48,272 bases of DNA from an uncultured Peptococcaceae bacterium (GCA_947626615.1 CANQSW010000001.1:1-48272); one strand, 5' to 3'; numbered from the stretch's first letter, positions 19,626 through 28,572 are shown. Made by a program: numbers and translations. The notes: a model not told the origin generated them from the sequence alone.

Positions 19626-21767
19626 TCAATAGTCATAACTTCTGTATTTAGCCTCGTATACAGGGACTACATTATAAACATCATCATCAATTTTTCTTGT
19701 CTCGCCGTTTTCCCACATATAAAGCTCACCCTTGTGATAGTTAAGGTTATAATCATACAGATACAGAATACGTCCGCCGGGTATACTATAGAACTCGTAG
19801 ACATCATCTAAGGTCTCTACAATTTTACCATCCTGGTAGATCTTCAATGTACCATAAGCCTTATCGGCATTCCGATCTGTAAAATAAATCACTCTGTCGA
19901 AGTCACCACTCACTCCAACGTAATAGATATCTACACCGTGATCAATTTTTGTCTTGTTAATATAAAGTTCACCAATGTAATCTTTACAATCCTTGTAGTA
20001 TTGAAAATTGTCGCCACCTACAAAACAACAAAAACCAGTGTATACATTATTGTCATACAGCTCAGCTTTTCCAACAACGCCATTAGAAATAGAAATACGA
20101 TATAGATCACCGTAGTCTTTTTCGTCCGGAATATTGTCTAAATAGTAAACTACTGTGCCAGAAGAATTAATTTGAAATTTTTTGGCTTCCTTTACTTGTT
20201 CAATAAGCGTTGCGTTGTCTTTTACTGCAATATATTTATCTGACGAGGAGACTAAAGCAGCTTCAACCATTCCCTCAAGATCATAAATGTTTTTAACTTC
20301 GGAGAGTTTTACTTTTTCAAGATTGGATTGATTGTAAACTTCGTAAATAATAACAGGCTCATCGGATGCATAAGTACACTTATAAGTATAGCCATAAGAA
20401 TATTTATAGGCGCCACCCAATGCATCGGTGATTACGGTTGTCTCTGTGCCATTATAAAAGCAAAGAGAACTCCTAGGCCTCTCCATTTTTTTCCCTTCAA
20501 GGGAAGTTCTCAATTCGTCACGAGTTGCTTTTGCCCAATATGTCTCTAAGGCTGTAGAGTATTCCGTTTCCATACGATCATACTCGTTCTTCCAAGCCTC
20601 ATATGCATCTTCATATGCTTCATAAGCCGCATTATACTCAACATCAGAGCCATAGTCCCACCAGGAAGGAGCAATCGGAGCTTTAGGATAGTTAGGATAG
20701 CTCGGCTGTATCATAGAGTCATCAGCATCCTTCATGTCGTCTATTACATAATCCATCAGAGAAATCTCGTCGTCTTCACTGGTCAAGTAATAAATCTCTC
20801 CGGTTTCATAAATCTTAATCACATCATAAACGTTAGATGCGATTTTTACACTATCCTCACCTTCAACCTGCTTATATAAAGAATCTTCTTTAATGTAATA
20901 TGCAGTCTTTAAGTCGTTACTTAAGTATTCAAGAGAAGATACCTCACTTGCAATTTTTTCTTTGTCGTTATCTGCAGATTTACGATAAAAACTCCCCTCA
21001 GAATTGATATAAGCGATTTTTGTTCCGTCATCAGAAACGTTAAATTCTTTAACTTCACTGGCAATCTTATCCTTAGAGTCATCCGCAAGTTTATATTGAT
21101 ACAAACTTCCTTCTTCACCCTTGAGATAAGTAACAATACTTGTAGAAGTGTTTACGGTATAAGACTGAACATCAGAGTCGATCATAATTGCTTCGGATTC
21201 GGGTTTTCCAATCTCTCTGTAATAAAGATCGAACCTATACTCTTGACCGATCGTCCAGTAATTATCAATAATCTTATTGGGGAAAAAGATGTACTTACCA
21301 TCCTCACTCATATAAATACAGGCCCCTAAAGGTATATTTACTAAAGTTGTATTTCCCAAACCGCTATCATCGAGTCCAGAAGTCAACTGCAAAGCTTCGC
21401 TATCTTTCTTCAAATCAGAAAAGAAGATTTCGCCATCTTTTAAATAGAGCGCAAAGTCATTTTTAGCTTTACTTCCACTGGGCATCAGAGAGATCACGAG
21501 GATCAAAACTACTGCCAATGCTACGCCGATCCCACCAAATATAATTGTTTTTTTAGGAAACTTCTTCTTCTCGGCGAGAGCTGCAGGTCTTGCCTCGACA
21601 GGAACATCAGTTATTGATGCTCCACAACTTTGACAGAAAGCAAATTCGGTGCTTGTCTGCTTACCGCATTTAGGACAAAAAATAGTTTTATAAATCTTAG
21701 CACCGCAACCGTCACAGAACTTTACATCATCATTCAATTCCTTGTTGCATTTAGGGCACGTTATCAT
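19626..21767 (-). CDS. double zinc-ribbon / single-TM protein with large repeat-containing (propeller-like) ectodomain
   Basis: 713 aa. N-terminus CPKCNKELNDDVKFCDGCG then CPKCGKQTSTEFAFCQSCG. TM IIFGGIGVALAVVLILVISLM. Three 37-aa repeats each contain KIAS(E/N)V, and the C-terminal half is Tyr-rich. RBS GGAGGA. Confidence 0.8.
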   Translation of the reverse strand: MITCPKCNKELNDDVKFCDGCGAKIYKTIFCPKCGKQTSTEFAFCQSCGASITDVPVEARPAALAEKKKFPKKTIIFGGIGVALAVVLILVISLMPSGSKAKNDFALYLKDGEIFFSDLKKDSEALQLTSGLDDSGLGNTTLVNIPLGACIYMSEDGKYIFFPNKIIDNYWTIGQEYRFDLYYREIGKPESEAIMIDSDVQSYTVNTSTSIVTYLKGEEGSLYQYKLADDSKDKIASEVKEFNVSDDGTKIAYINSEGSFYRKSADNDKEKIASEVSSLEYLSNDLKTAYYIKEDSLYKQVEGEDSVKIASNVYDVIKIYETGEIYYLTSEDDEISLMDYVIDDMKDADDSMIQPSYPNYPKAPIAPSWWDYGSDVEYNAAYEAYEDAYEAWKNEYDRMETEYSTALETYWAKATRDELRTSLEGKKMERPRSSLCFYNGTETTVITDALGGAYKYSYGYTYKCTYASDEPVIIYEVYNQSNLEKVKLSEVKNIYDLEGMVEAALVSSSDKYIAVKDNATLIEQVKEAKKFQINSSGTVVYYLDNIPDEKDYGDLYRISISNGVVGKAELYDNNVYTGFCCFVGGDNFQYYKDCKDYIGELYINKTKIDHGVDIYYVGVSGDFDRVIYFTDRNADKAYGTLKIYQDGKIVETLDDVYEFYSIPGGRILYLYDYNLNYHKGELYMWENGETRKIDDDVYNVVPVYEAKYRSYDY

Positions 21768-21825
21768 TGCGTCATCCTCCTACATACAAATTATAAAACT
21801 GCTTTGATTTGTGTAAAGATATCTC

Positions 21826-22446
21826 TTATTCTATAAGCAGAAGTTTCCATTTTCCATTTTCTTTTGTCATCGTAATTTGAACCAGCATATCAACAGATTC
21901 CTCTCCTTTTTTTGCAGTAATCTCTATATCTGCACCCTTAACTTGCGATATAGTACTAATATCAAAGTCCGGATAACTTGATTCTATTTCATATAATAAA
22001 CTATCTAACTTTCTTCCGGAGATCGTATAAATCTCCTGTATATCATAGCTCAGCTTGTAGTTGTGCCCTACAGATGATTCAAAGAAATCCAAATCATCCC
22101 CTACATTATTCTCGAAATAATACTCGACCCTGTCTACACTGTCATAATAAAATATATCGCTTGACAGATCAACCAGCGTATCAATATCATACTTCTCATA
22201 TGCAGTCATCACTTGCCGCAGCAGTCCATTGTACCCCATGTATTTTGGAACGATATTAAGTGCAATCACAACAACTACGATTAAAGCAATCGCCCCAACG
22301 AAAAGCTTAATTTTTGTTTTGGTTTTTTTCTGCTTTTTCTGATCTTGAATATCTGTTGATACTCTGTCAACCGGCGTTCCGCATTGATCGCATACATTGG
22401 CATCATCTGTCAATTCAGCACCACAATTACCACAAAATTTCGACAT
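21826..22446 (-). CDS. zinc-ribbon / single-TM protein with small ectodomain (NTF2/DUF4878-like guess)
   Basis: 206 aa. MSKFCGNCGAELTDDANVCDQCGTPV, Lys-rich linker, TM LFVGAIALIVVVVIALNIV. The ectodomain ends ...ITMTKENGKWKLLLIE. RBS GGGGAGGT lies inside the 3-prime end of the upstream gene. Confidence 0.75.
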   Translation of the reverse strand: MSKFCGNCGAELTDDANVCDQCGTPVDRVSTDIQDQKKQKKTKTKIKLFVGAIALIVVVVIALNIVPKYMGYNGLLRQVMTAYEKYDIDTLVDLSSDIFYYDSVDRVEYYFENNVGDDLDFFESSVGHNYKLSYDIQEIYTISGRKLDSLLYEIESSYPDFDISTISQVKGADIEITAKKGEESVDMLVQITMTKENGKWKLLLIE

Positions 22447-22453
22447 AAGTAAT

Positions 22454-25258
22454 TTACCTCCCCGCGTTTCTTCTTTTTACTTTATGCACAGTTATTACAA
22501 CAAACAGCAAGCATAGCAAACTGCAGCCGCCTATAACAAAATAAGTAAGCTTGCTTTGCTTAATCTCCTCACCATAACTATTTTCCCCTGCACGTAGTCG
22601 CACATCATACTTCCCATCGCCATTCTCATCTATGTTTAGAGTACTTTGATCAGAAACAGCTGCTTTTGTATCAATGACAGTCTTTTTTGTAATCTTGACA
22701 TTTTCAAACCGTCTAAGATCACTATAATTGCCATTATCATCCATAAAACCGATAGTATAGTCCATAATTCCATGTCCTGTACCGATAAGTTTTAAATCGT
22801 AATCAGCGCCTTCTTTTAATCTTAGAACTTTTACCCTGTCATCAATACCGTTTGCTAAATCTTCTTCGTCTTGTTCAAAAGAAAGTGTGCCGAAATCTGT
22901 TCTAAGATTCAGATCTTTTTCAGAAGAGCTAAGTGTTTGCCCTTCATAAGTAACAGATACATCTACAGGACAAGCGATCCGTACATAGATATATTTCTGC
23001 CCGTTGATCTGATCTGCCATATCCCCAAAGAAGAACATTAAATCATCTGCATTTGCCACTTCATAGTGGCAACCATCACTGGCAATCCGCTCCATTAGTT
23101 GTTGAGCAAATGATTTATAGCCTCCCAGATTTTCAAAAAACCCTAATGTGTAAATAAGAACTCCATCTTTTTTTATCTCATCCGCATAATCAACGAGATC
23201 GTCACCCACTTTACCGTTGTTTGGCTCTCCATCGCTCATAAGCACAATAATTTTCTTTTTGGCAGTACTGGCACTAAGCATAGAATGCGCTTCCTTTAAA
23301 CCCGCTTCAATATTTGTCCCTCCACCAGAATGAATATCAGATACGATACTTTCAAGAGATTCTTTGTTCAAAGAAAAGTCTGAATTGCGATTGGCGTAAT
23401 TGTCATATGTGACTACGCCTATACTTGCATTCTCCTCAAGAATTGTATCAATAAAGTTTACGGAAGCCTTGCGAGTCTCCTCAATTGGCCTCCCTGACAT
23501 ACTGCCGGAAACATCAAGGACAAGTACAATATCTCTTTCATCATTATTAAAAACAAAATTTTCTGCACCTTTTTCTCCAAATATTAGAGGGGTAGCAACT
23601 TCTTCTTTGTTTCCATATTTACTATCGTTTTCACCATATTTCTTTTTGGCCATTGCAAGCGCTTCTCCTAATGTGTAAAGCCTCCCAGTTTTCTCATTAT
23701 AATGTGTCATATTTTCTAAGGTTGCATTTTGAACTAGTAAATTATAATCGGTACATATTGTTTCCGAATTAGCAACTACTGCTTTGGCTCCTTTTCTCAA
23801 AAAAGAATCTGCTAATACGTTATCTTTTCCACTCTGACAAGCAGCAAGATAAAGAAATGTACCGTTTAAATTGTTACAATATTTATCGATGTATTTTGAT
23901 GTAAATGCCACATTGCCATTAAGACATTCTACAATTCGATTTTCCATATTATCAAGACGGTAATTCGAATCCGACTGAAATGCATCATAATCAAATTCTT
24001 CACCTGTTAAAAGATACGAATGTAACGAATCGGAATATCCGCCATGCCCGTGCCAAATTATTACCTGATTTTCAGATAATGCTTTTATCTTATTTAATGT
24101 AACTTCTTGATTGTCATAATTATTTTCTGCATTAAACTTATACAATGACAATTTTTCGCTTATCTTTTCCGCTGATAAGTCAGGCAAGATCATGTACTCA
24201 TTCATTTCTGATGAATATGTGTTTAAACATGGTTGAAACGTGAATACAGAAATATTGACATTTTCACCTATAGCATCTATGCCATAACGCTTTGGCAAAT
24301 ATATATATGTCAGTCCATTCTTAAATTTAAGTAGGATTGAATTATCTGACACTTCATAATACAATACATCTCCGTTTTTATATAGATTTTCTGCATACCC
24401 TTCGACTTCTTCCATTACAGCAGAAAGATCACTTTCTTTGACATAACCATCGTCACCACAAAATGTTTCTTCTATTGCTATAATATTTGCTTGAATTTTT
24501 TGAATTTCCGATACAGATTCTTCAGTTGGCCTCTCAAAAAAATATAAGTACACCATTTCTGAAATATATTCTTCAGTTTTACAATAATAGCTTTTAGAAC
24601 CCAACTCTGATACAACGGATATCGTGTTAGCATAGATTCCGTCTCCAGCAAACGAATCTCCATTTTTGCCATTATCAAACATTTTGCACACTATTTTATC
24701 ATCTGAATATTCATACAAATCTACATAATCTGGTTTTTTACCTTGTACAGAAACTGAAAAAACAACATTTACCTGCTCATTTTCCCAGAAACAATTTTCA
24801 TTTGATGTAAAATTCTCCAGCAAACTATCATCATCAGTTTCTATATCACGTTCATTATTATTTGGCAACAGTTCAACACGATCGATTATTTTTTCTATTT
24901 CAGGTATATCAACTATGTCAAAATACACAAGTGCACCAAGTGCAGCTATTACAAGCACAGCAATCAACAGAATAATCAAAATTAACTTAAAGAGAAATCG
25001 AAGAATCTTTTTGCTAATAGACAATCCGGCTCGTTCTTCTTTCTTTTCAGTTTTAATTTCTTCCTTACGTTGTTTTCTAGCTTCTCTCTTGCTAAACCGT
25101 TCTTCAGTAGATGCTGACCGATGATTGTTTGTTTCACCTTCATTAGATGCTACAGGCCCTGGCTTCTGTACCTTCTTTAATTCATCTGCGTTGCAGTTTG
25201 GACAAAAGCCCGTATTTTCATCCAACTTTGCGCCACACTTCCCACAAAATTTTACCAT
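22454..25258 (-). CDS. zinc-ribbon / TM / clan-CD-like His-Cys peptidase-like domain / vWA (MIDAS) domain / beta-sandwich / C-terminal TM anchor protein
   Basis: 934 aa from the ATG at 25256-25258 (RBS GGAGGAGG; the track ORF extends spuriously to 25384).
- MVKFCGKCGAKLDENTGFCPNCN zinc ribbon
- TM LFKLILIILLIAVLVIAALGALVYF
- VIIWHGHGGY (DNA about 24041-24060) and FLYLAACQSGKD (about 23830-23850) resemble a caspase/gingipain His and Cys pair
- DIVLVLDVSGSMSG...GGGTNIEAGL...IIVLMSDGEPN is a vWA MIDAS pattern (about 23000-23533)
- C-terminal LTYFVIGGCSLLCLLFVVITV followed by HKVKRRNAGR. Confidence 0.8.
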   Translation of the reverse strand: MVKFCGKCGAKLDENTGFCPNCNADELKKVQKPGPVASNEGETNNHRSASTEERFSKREARKQRKEEIKTEKKEERAGLSISKKILRFLFKLILIILLIAVLVIAALGALVYFDIVDIPEIEKIIDRVELLPNNNERDIETDDDSLLENFTSNENCFWENEQVNVVFSVSVQGKKPDYVDLYEYSDDKIVCKMFDNGKNGDSFAGDGIYANTISVVSELGSKSYYCKTEEYISEMVYLYFFERPTEESVSEIQKIQANIIAIEETFCGDDGYVKESDLSAVMEEVEGYAENLYKNGDVLYYEVSDNSILLKFKNGLTYIYLPKRYGIDAIGENVNISVFTFQPCLNTYSSEMNEYMILPDLSAEKISEKLSLYKFNAENNYDNQEVTLNKIKALSENQVIIWHGHGGYSDSLHSYLLTGEEFDYDAFQSDSNYRLDNMENRIVECLNGNVAFTSKYIDKYCNNLNGTFLYLAACQSGKDNVLADSFLRKGAKAVVANSETICTDYNLLVQNATLENMTHYNEKTGRLYTLGEALAMAKKKYGENDSKYGNKEEVATPLIFGEKGAENFVFNNDERDIVLVLDVSGSMSGRPIEETRKASVNFIDTILEENASIGVVTYDNYANRNSDFSLNKESLESIVSDIHSGGGTNIEAGLKEAHSMLSASTAKKKIIVLMSDGEPNNGKVGDDLVDYADEIKKDGVLIYTLGFFENLGGYKSFAQQLMERIASDGCHYEVANADDLMFFFGDMADQINGQKYIYVRIACPVDVSVTYEGQTLSSSEKDLNLRTDFGTLSFEQDEEDLANGIDDRVKVLRLKEGADYDLKLIGTGHGIMDYTIGFMDDNGNYSDLRRFENVKITKKTVIDTKAAVSDQSTLNIDENGDGKYDVRLRAGENSYGEEIKQSKLTYFVIGGCSLLCLLFVVITVHKVKRRNAGR

Positions 25259-25346
25259 GGTACTCCTCCTCCCATGCATAACATTTTGAATCACAAAAAA
25301 GTAAAGACAGTGGTGTATTAATGCTATCCACTGCCTCTGCTCGTCC

Positions 25347-25631
25347 TTATCCCATATATTTATCGATAAGTTTGTCACCAACAAGGAAGGAGATCATCCC
25401 CAAGTTGATTGCTTCGGCACCAAGAAGGATAAAGATAATATTTTCAATGATGTCAATAACGCTGACTATCAAAGTGACAACACAGAACCATACAATCGTG
25501 CTAAACATTTTATCAACTACAACTATAAGATTATTGATAAAACCGATTGTATCAAAAATCAAGTCGTTACTATTAGCAAAGAAAAGAATAGTAACGGTAC
25601 TACTGACTTCCCAGCAGCCTTGTTCAACCAT
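25347..25631 (-). CDS. possible small hydrophobic protein (hypothetical)
   Basis: 94-aa ORF co-directional with the cluster, with hydrophobic stretches (STIVWFCVVTLIVSVIDII, IFILLGAEAINLGMISFLV). No convincing RBS. A plus-strand ORF of similar size overlaps it. Confidence 0.3.
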   Translation of the reverse strand: MVEQGCWEVSSTVTILFFANSNDLIFDTIGFINNLIVVVDKMFSTIVWFCVVTLIVSVIDIIENIIFILLGAEAINLGMISFLVGDKLIDKYMG

Positions 25632-25764
25632 TCATTTGTCGCAAACATAAAATGGATCCTGCCAAAATGACTATGTTCGCTAAGAAAACACATTAACCAA
25701 ATCACTACATCCAACAGACCAACATAAATTCTCAGACTCTCCCTTTTCCTCGGTTCATTATAAC

Positions 25765-26346
25765 TTATAACTTATTTCCACACTCAGTGCAGAAAATAGA
25801 GCTATCATCTACTTTTGCACCACATTTTGAACATACACGATCAAGCGTTTCAGGCTCATCCTCAGCTACAGTGACAACAGATGAAACAGGTTCCAACGGT
25901 TTTCCACAAGCCGTACAGAATCGCATTCCTTTTTTCACCATGGCACCACAATTACCGCACTTTACATAGTCAGCAGGATCGACCGTTTCGATCTTAGGTA
26001 TAGGTGCACCACATGAGCTGCAAAAAGCAGCATCCTTAGATAACTCTGCTCCGCACTTTTCGCAACATTGCACCCCTTTAATATCTTGAAGCTGCTTTTT
26101 ACAGTCATTTATCTTCGCTTCAGCATCAGCGATTGCCTTAATCATTTCTACGAATTCTTCTTTGCAGTCCTCTTTATGAATAGAAAAATACAATTTGCCA
26201 AGTTGACAGTATAGACTTGAAAGATTTTTCTCTTCTTCGTTAATTAATGAGTTAAGCCTTGAGGTATCTGCAATTTCTTTTGTTTTAGCAATAGTCTTTT
26301 GTCCCGTTTCAGTAACAGCTTTACTAATTTTATCAAAGAAAGCCAT
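25765..26346 (-). CDS. soluble coiled-coil protein with three C-terminal zinc ribbons
   Basis: 193 aa. N-terminal MAFFDKISKAVTETGQKTIAKTKEIADTSRLNSLINEEEKNL... is helical or coiled-coil by composition. Then CEKCGAELSKDAAFCSSCG, KCGNCGAMVKKGMRFCTACG and CSKCGAKVDDSSIFCTECG. No TM. RBS GGGAGGG. Confidence 0.8.
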   Translation of the reverse strand: MAFFDKISKAVTETGQKTIAKTKEIADTSRLNSLINEEEKNLSSLYCQLGKLYFSIHKEDCKEEFVEMIKAIADAEAKINDCKKQLQDIKGVQCCEKCGAELSKDAAFCSSCGAPIPKIETVDPADYVKCGNCGAMVKKGMRFCTACGKPLEPVSSVVTVAEDEPETLDRVCSKCGAKVDDSSIFCTECGNKL

Positions 26347-26370
26347 CGTATTACCCTCCCGTTTATGTAT

Positions 26371-26652
26371 TTACGAATTTAGCTCTTGGATCCCTTTATA
26401 ACAATCGTCGCAAACAAAAACTATTATTCCAAGACCAGAAGTATAGTGCTTTGTAGCTTTTCCGGAACAAAAGAAACATTCCGAAGAACAGTCTGCACAA
26501 TAGTACTCGTTTTCGCCTGTATATTCGTTTTTATACGCCTTTGTCGGAGTTTGACCACAGGACACACACGGTTCAGATGAACCACACGCTGAAAGAGTAA
26601 AGATCAACGCAATAAAAACCAACATAGCAATAGTTCGTTTAAGATAAATCAT
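26371..26652 (-). CDS. small Cys-rich lipoprotein
   Basis: 93 aa. Signal peptide with lipobox LSAC (…IFTLSACGSS). The mature part has 10 further Cys, including CVSC, CADC, CFFC and CDDC pairs. RBS GGGAGGA. Confidence 0.75.
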   Translation of the reverse strand: MIYLKRTIAMLVFIALIFTLSACGSSEPCVSCGQTPTKAYKNEYTGENEYYCADCSSECFFCSGKATKHYTSGLGIIVFVCDDCYKGIQELNS

Positions 26653-27705
26653 TCTTTTTTCCTCCCTTGATCACTACATTTTCTGACTGTGCATATAACG
26701 ATTTGTGTTTTAAAGGACTTGACATTTTCTTAATGAATATTCCGGTATGACAAGAGACGCTTTTTCAGACACCTCTCTTGTTTATATGTTTTGCCTAAAC
26801 CGATAATCTTTCGCGAAAATTTGAATCACAGCTCTTGGTGCATGCGCCGCTCGAAAACTACACCTGTCGCGTCGAATTTCTACATCATAGCCGCTGAAAT
26901 CCTACAGTTTCATGGCAGACCATATAGTTACAAGATTTGAAATATTTTATGCACCATATACTGCAGTCACCATGCACCATTTCGTCCAGCCAGAACGCAC
27001 CAAGGAATGCGGTCTAGCTTGCAGCACCAAGGCAGTGGACTTCAATGGCATTGTCCTGCTTGAGTGACGCGGCTGTTCAATCAAGCGACGAAGATGTTCA
27101 ATTACAGCGTCGCAATTGTTCATTTTAAACAACACAGAGGTTTGATATCGCTGTCTTACTCAGCAGAAGTGGCTCTCAAGTTCCGGAATGCTGGCTCTCA
27201 TCTACCGGACAGACAGCTCAATGACCTCCAAAATATTCATCCCGATATTGGAACGTAGAAAGTGCCATATTGTACTTTTTCACTGTCGCTAAGACAGTGA
27301 TCATCTTTGTATTTCCGAACTGCCAGATGCGGCAAAAGTACTATGACAAAGAATATGGCAACCATCATAGACACATTCTATAGGTTTTCGCCGCCACGAT
27401 GTTTACGCTTGATAATGTCTAATGTTGACGCGGATATAATCATAAATCGCTATCTCAGTCCCTTTTTCCAACACATACTATTAGTTTTGTTTTGTTCATT
27501 AATCAGATAAGACCATCCAAAACATCTCGCTTTGTAATTATGTTGTCCTTATGCAATAGAAAATCATGAGAAGCAATTTGATTATTTGTGCGATCATATT
27601 AAGCAGTTAGTTACCTACATTACTTCTTTCTTCAATGCGCCGTGGCTCTTCGATTACGGCGGCAAGTTCGTTCTACAGATCCATTACTGAATATAAAATT
27701 GTTCT

Positions 27706-27744
27706 AAACCAGAAAACCACTGGCTGGAAAGCCCAACCAATGGT
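27706..27744 (-). terminator. possible terminator after lgt
   Basis: ACCA(C)TGG 27716-23 pairs with CCAATGGT 27737-44, 13-nt loop. On the minus strand it is followed by TTTTCTGGTTT. Lies 16 nt after the lgt stop. Confidence 0.4.
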
Positions 27745-27759
27745 CTTGCAATATACACC

Positions 27760-28572
27760 TTATTTTCGGCTGGCGCTACGATTTTGATTGTCTAAAGTCG
27801 CACCACACTTATACGCTATTAATTTGCGAGACATACAGATAAAAGCAACTGCTAACAAAATAAAAATGCTAAGCCATTGCGAAACGGAAAACAACCCTAT
27901 TATCCCCCGCTCTTTATCATCATAGCGTAAAAATTCCAACAAAAACCGCAATATGGCATAGGTACCAAGATATATGTAAGGCATTTCTCGCAATCTTTTG
28001 CCTCTTAATACCATATACAAAAATATAGCTGCCAGGGAAAAATTAATAAATGCCTCTAAAAGCTGCACCGGAAATAGCGGCACACCGATCGGAGCATACG
28101 CCGGCGCATGATAAACAATACTGCCGATCCCGTCATAAGGTATACCATAGCAGCATCCAGCAATATGACAACCAATACGACCAAAACCATGTGCAAGAGG
28201 CACACAAGGAACGATTATCTCGGCATATTTTCTAGCGTTTATTTTATGTATTTTACCAGCGGCAAAAAAGGCTGTCAGACCACAAAGCAAGCCACCGTAA
28301 AACACATAACCACTTGCTAACAGTTGCTTCAGATAGCTCAAAGATGTCAAATGATCCCATTCTATCTGGTCTCTCAAAAGAAAAATACTTAAAGCTTTTG
28401 CACCCAAAAGCCCTCCGCATATTGCATATGCCCCTAGAATCAGCAGCTCATCGTCTGACAAAGCATATTTCTTTACCAGACAATAAGCTACTGCCGTTGA
28501 GACTATCAAACCTAATGCAACCAAACAGCCATAAAATGGAATAAACCTGCCAAACAGATAAACACCTGCCAT
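27760..28572 (-). CDS. lgt: prolipoprotein diacylglyceryl transferase (island-borne copy)
   Basis: 270 aa polytopic protein. Lgt signature motifs YGGLLCG, HGFGRIGCHIAGCCYG, FPVQLLEA and RFLLEFLRYDD. Its ATG directly abuts the TAA of the upstream gene. Confidence 0.88.
   Translation of the reverse strand: MAGVYLFGRFIPFYGCLVALGLIVSTAVAYCLVKKYALSDDELLILGAYAICGGLLGAKALSIFLLRDQIEWDHLTSLSYLKQLLASGYVFYGGLLCGLTAFFAAGKIHKINARKYAEIIVPCVPLAHGFGRIGCHIAGCCYGIPYDGIGSIVYHAPAYAPIGVPLFPVQLLEAFINFSLAAIFLYMVLRGKRLREMPYIYLGTYAILRFLLEFLRYDDKERGIIGLFSVSQWLSIFILLAVAFICMSRKLIAYKCGATLDNQNRSASRK

Noticed and set aside
25321-25650. 109-aa plus-strand ORF opposite the small hydrophobic ORF 25347-25631.
   Set aside because: It is on the opposite strand to the whole operon, has no RBS and gives a Ser/Thr/Ile-rich composition-driven translation. 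The minus-strand ORF is itself only weakly supported.
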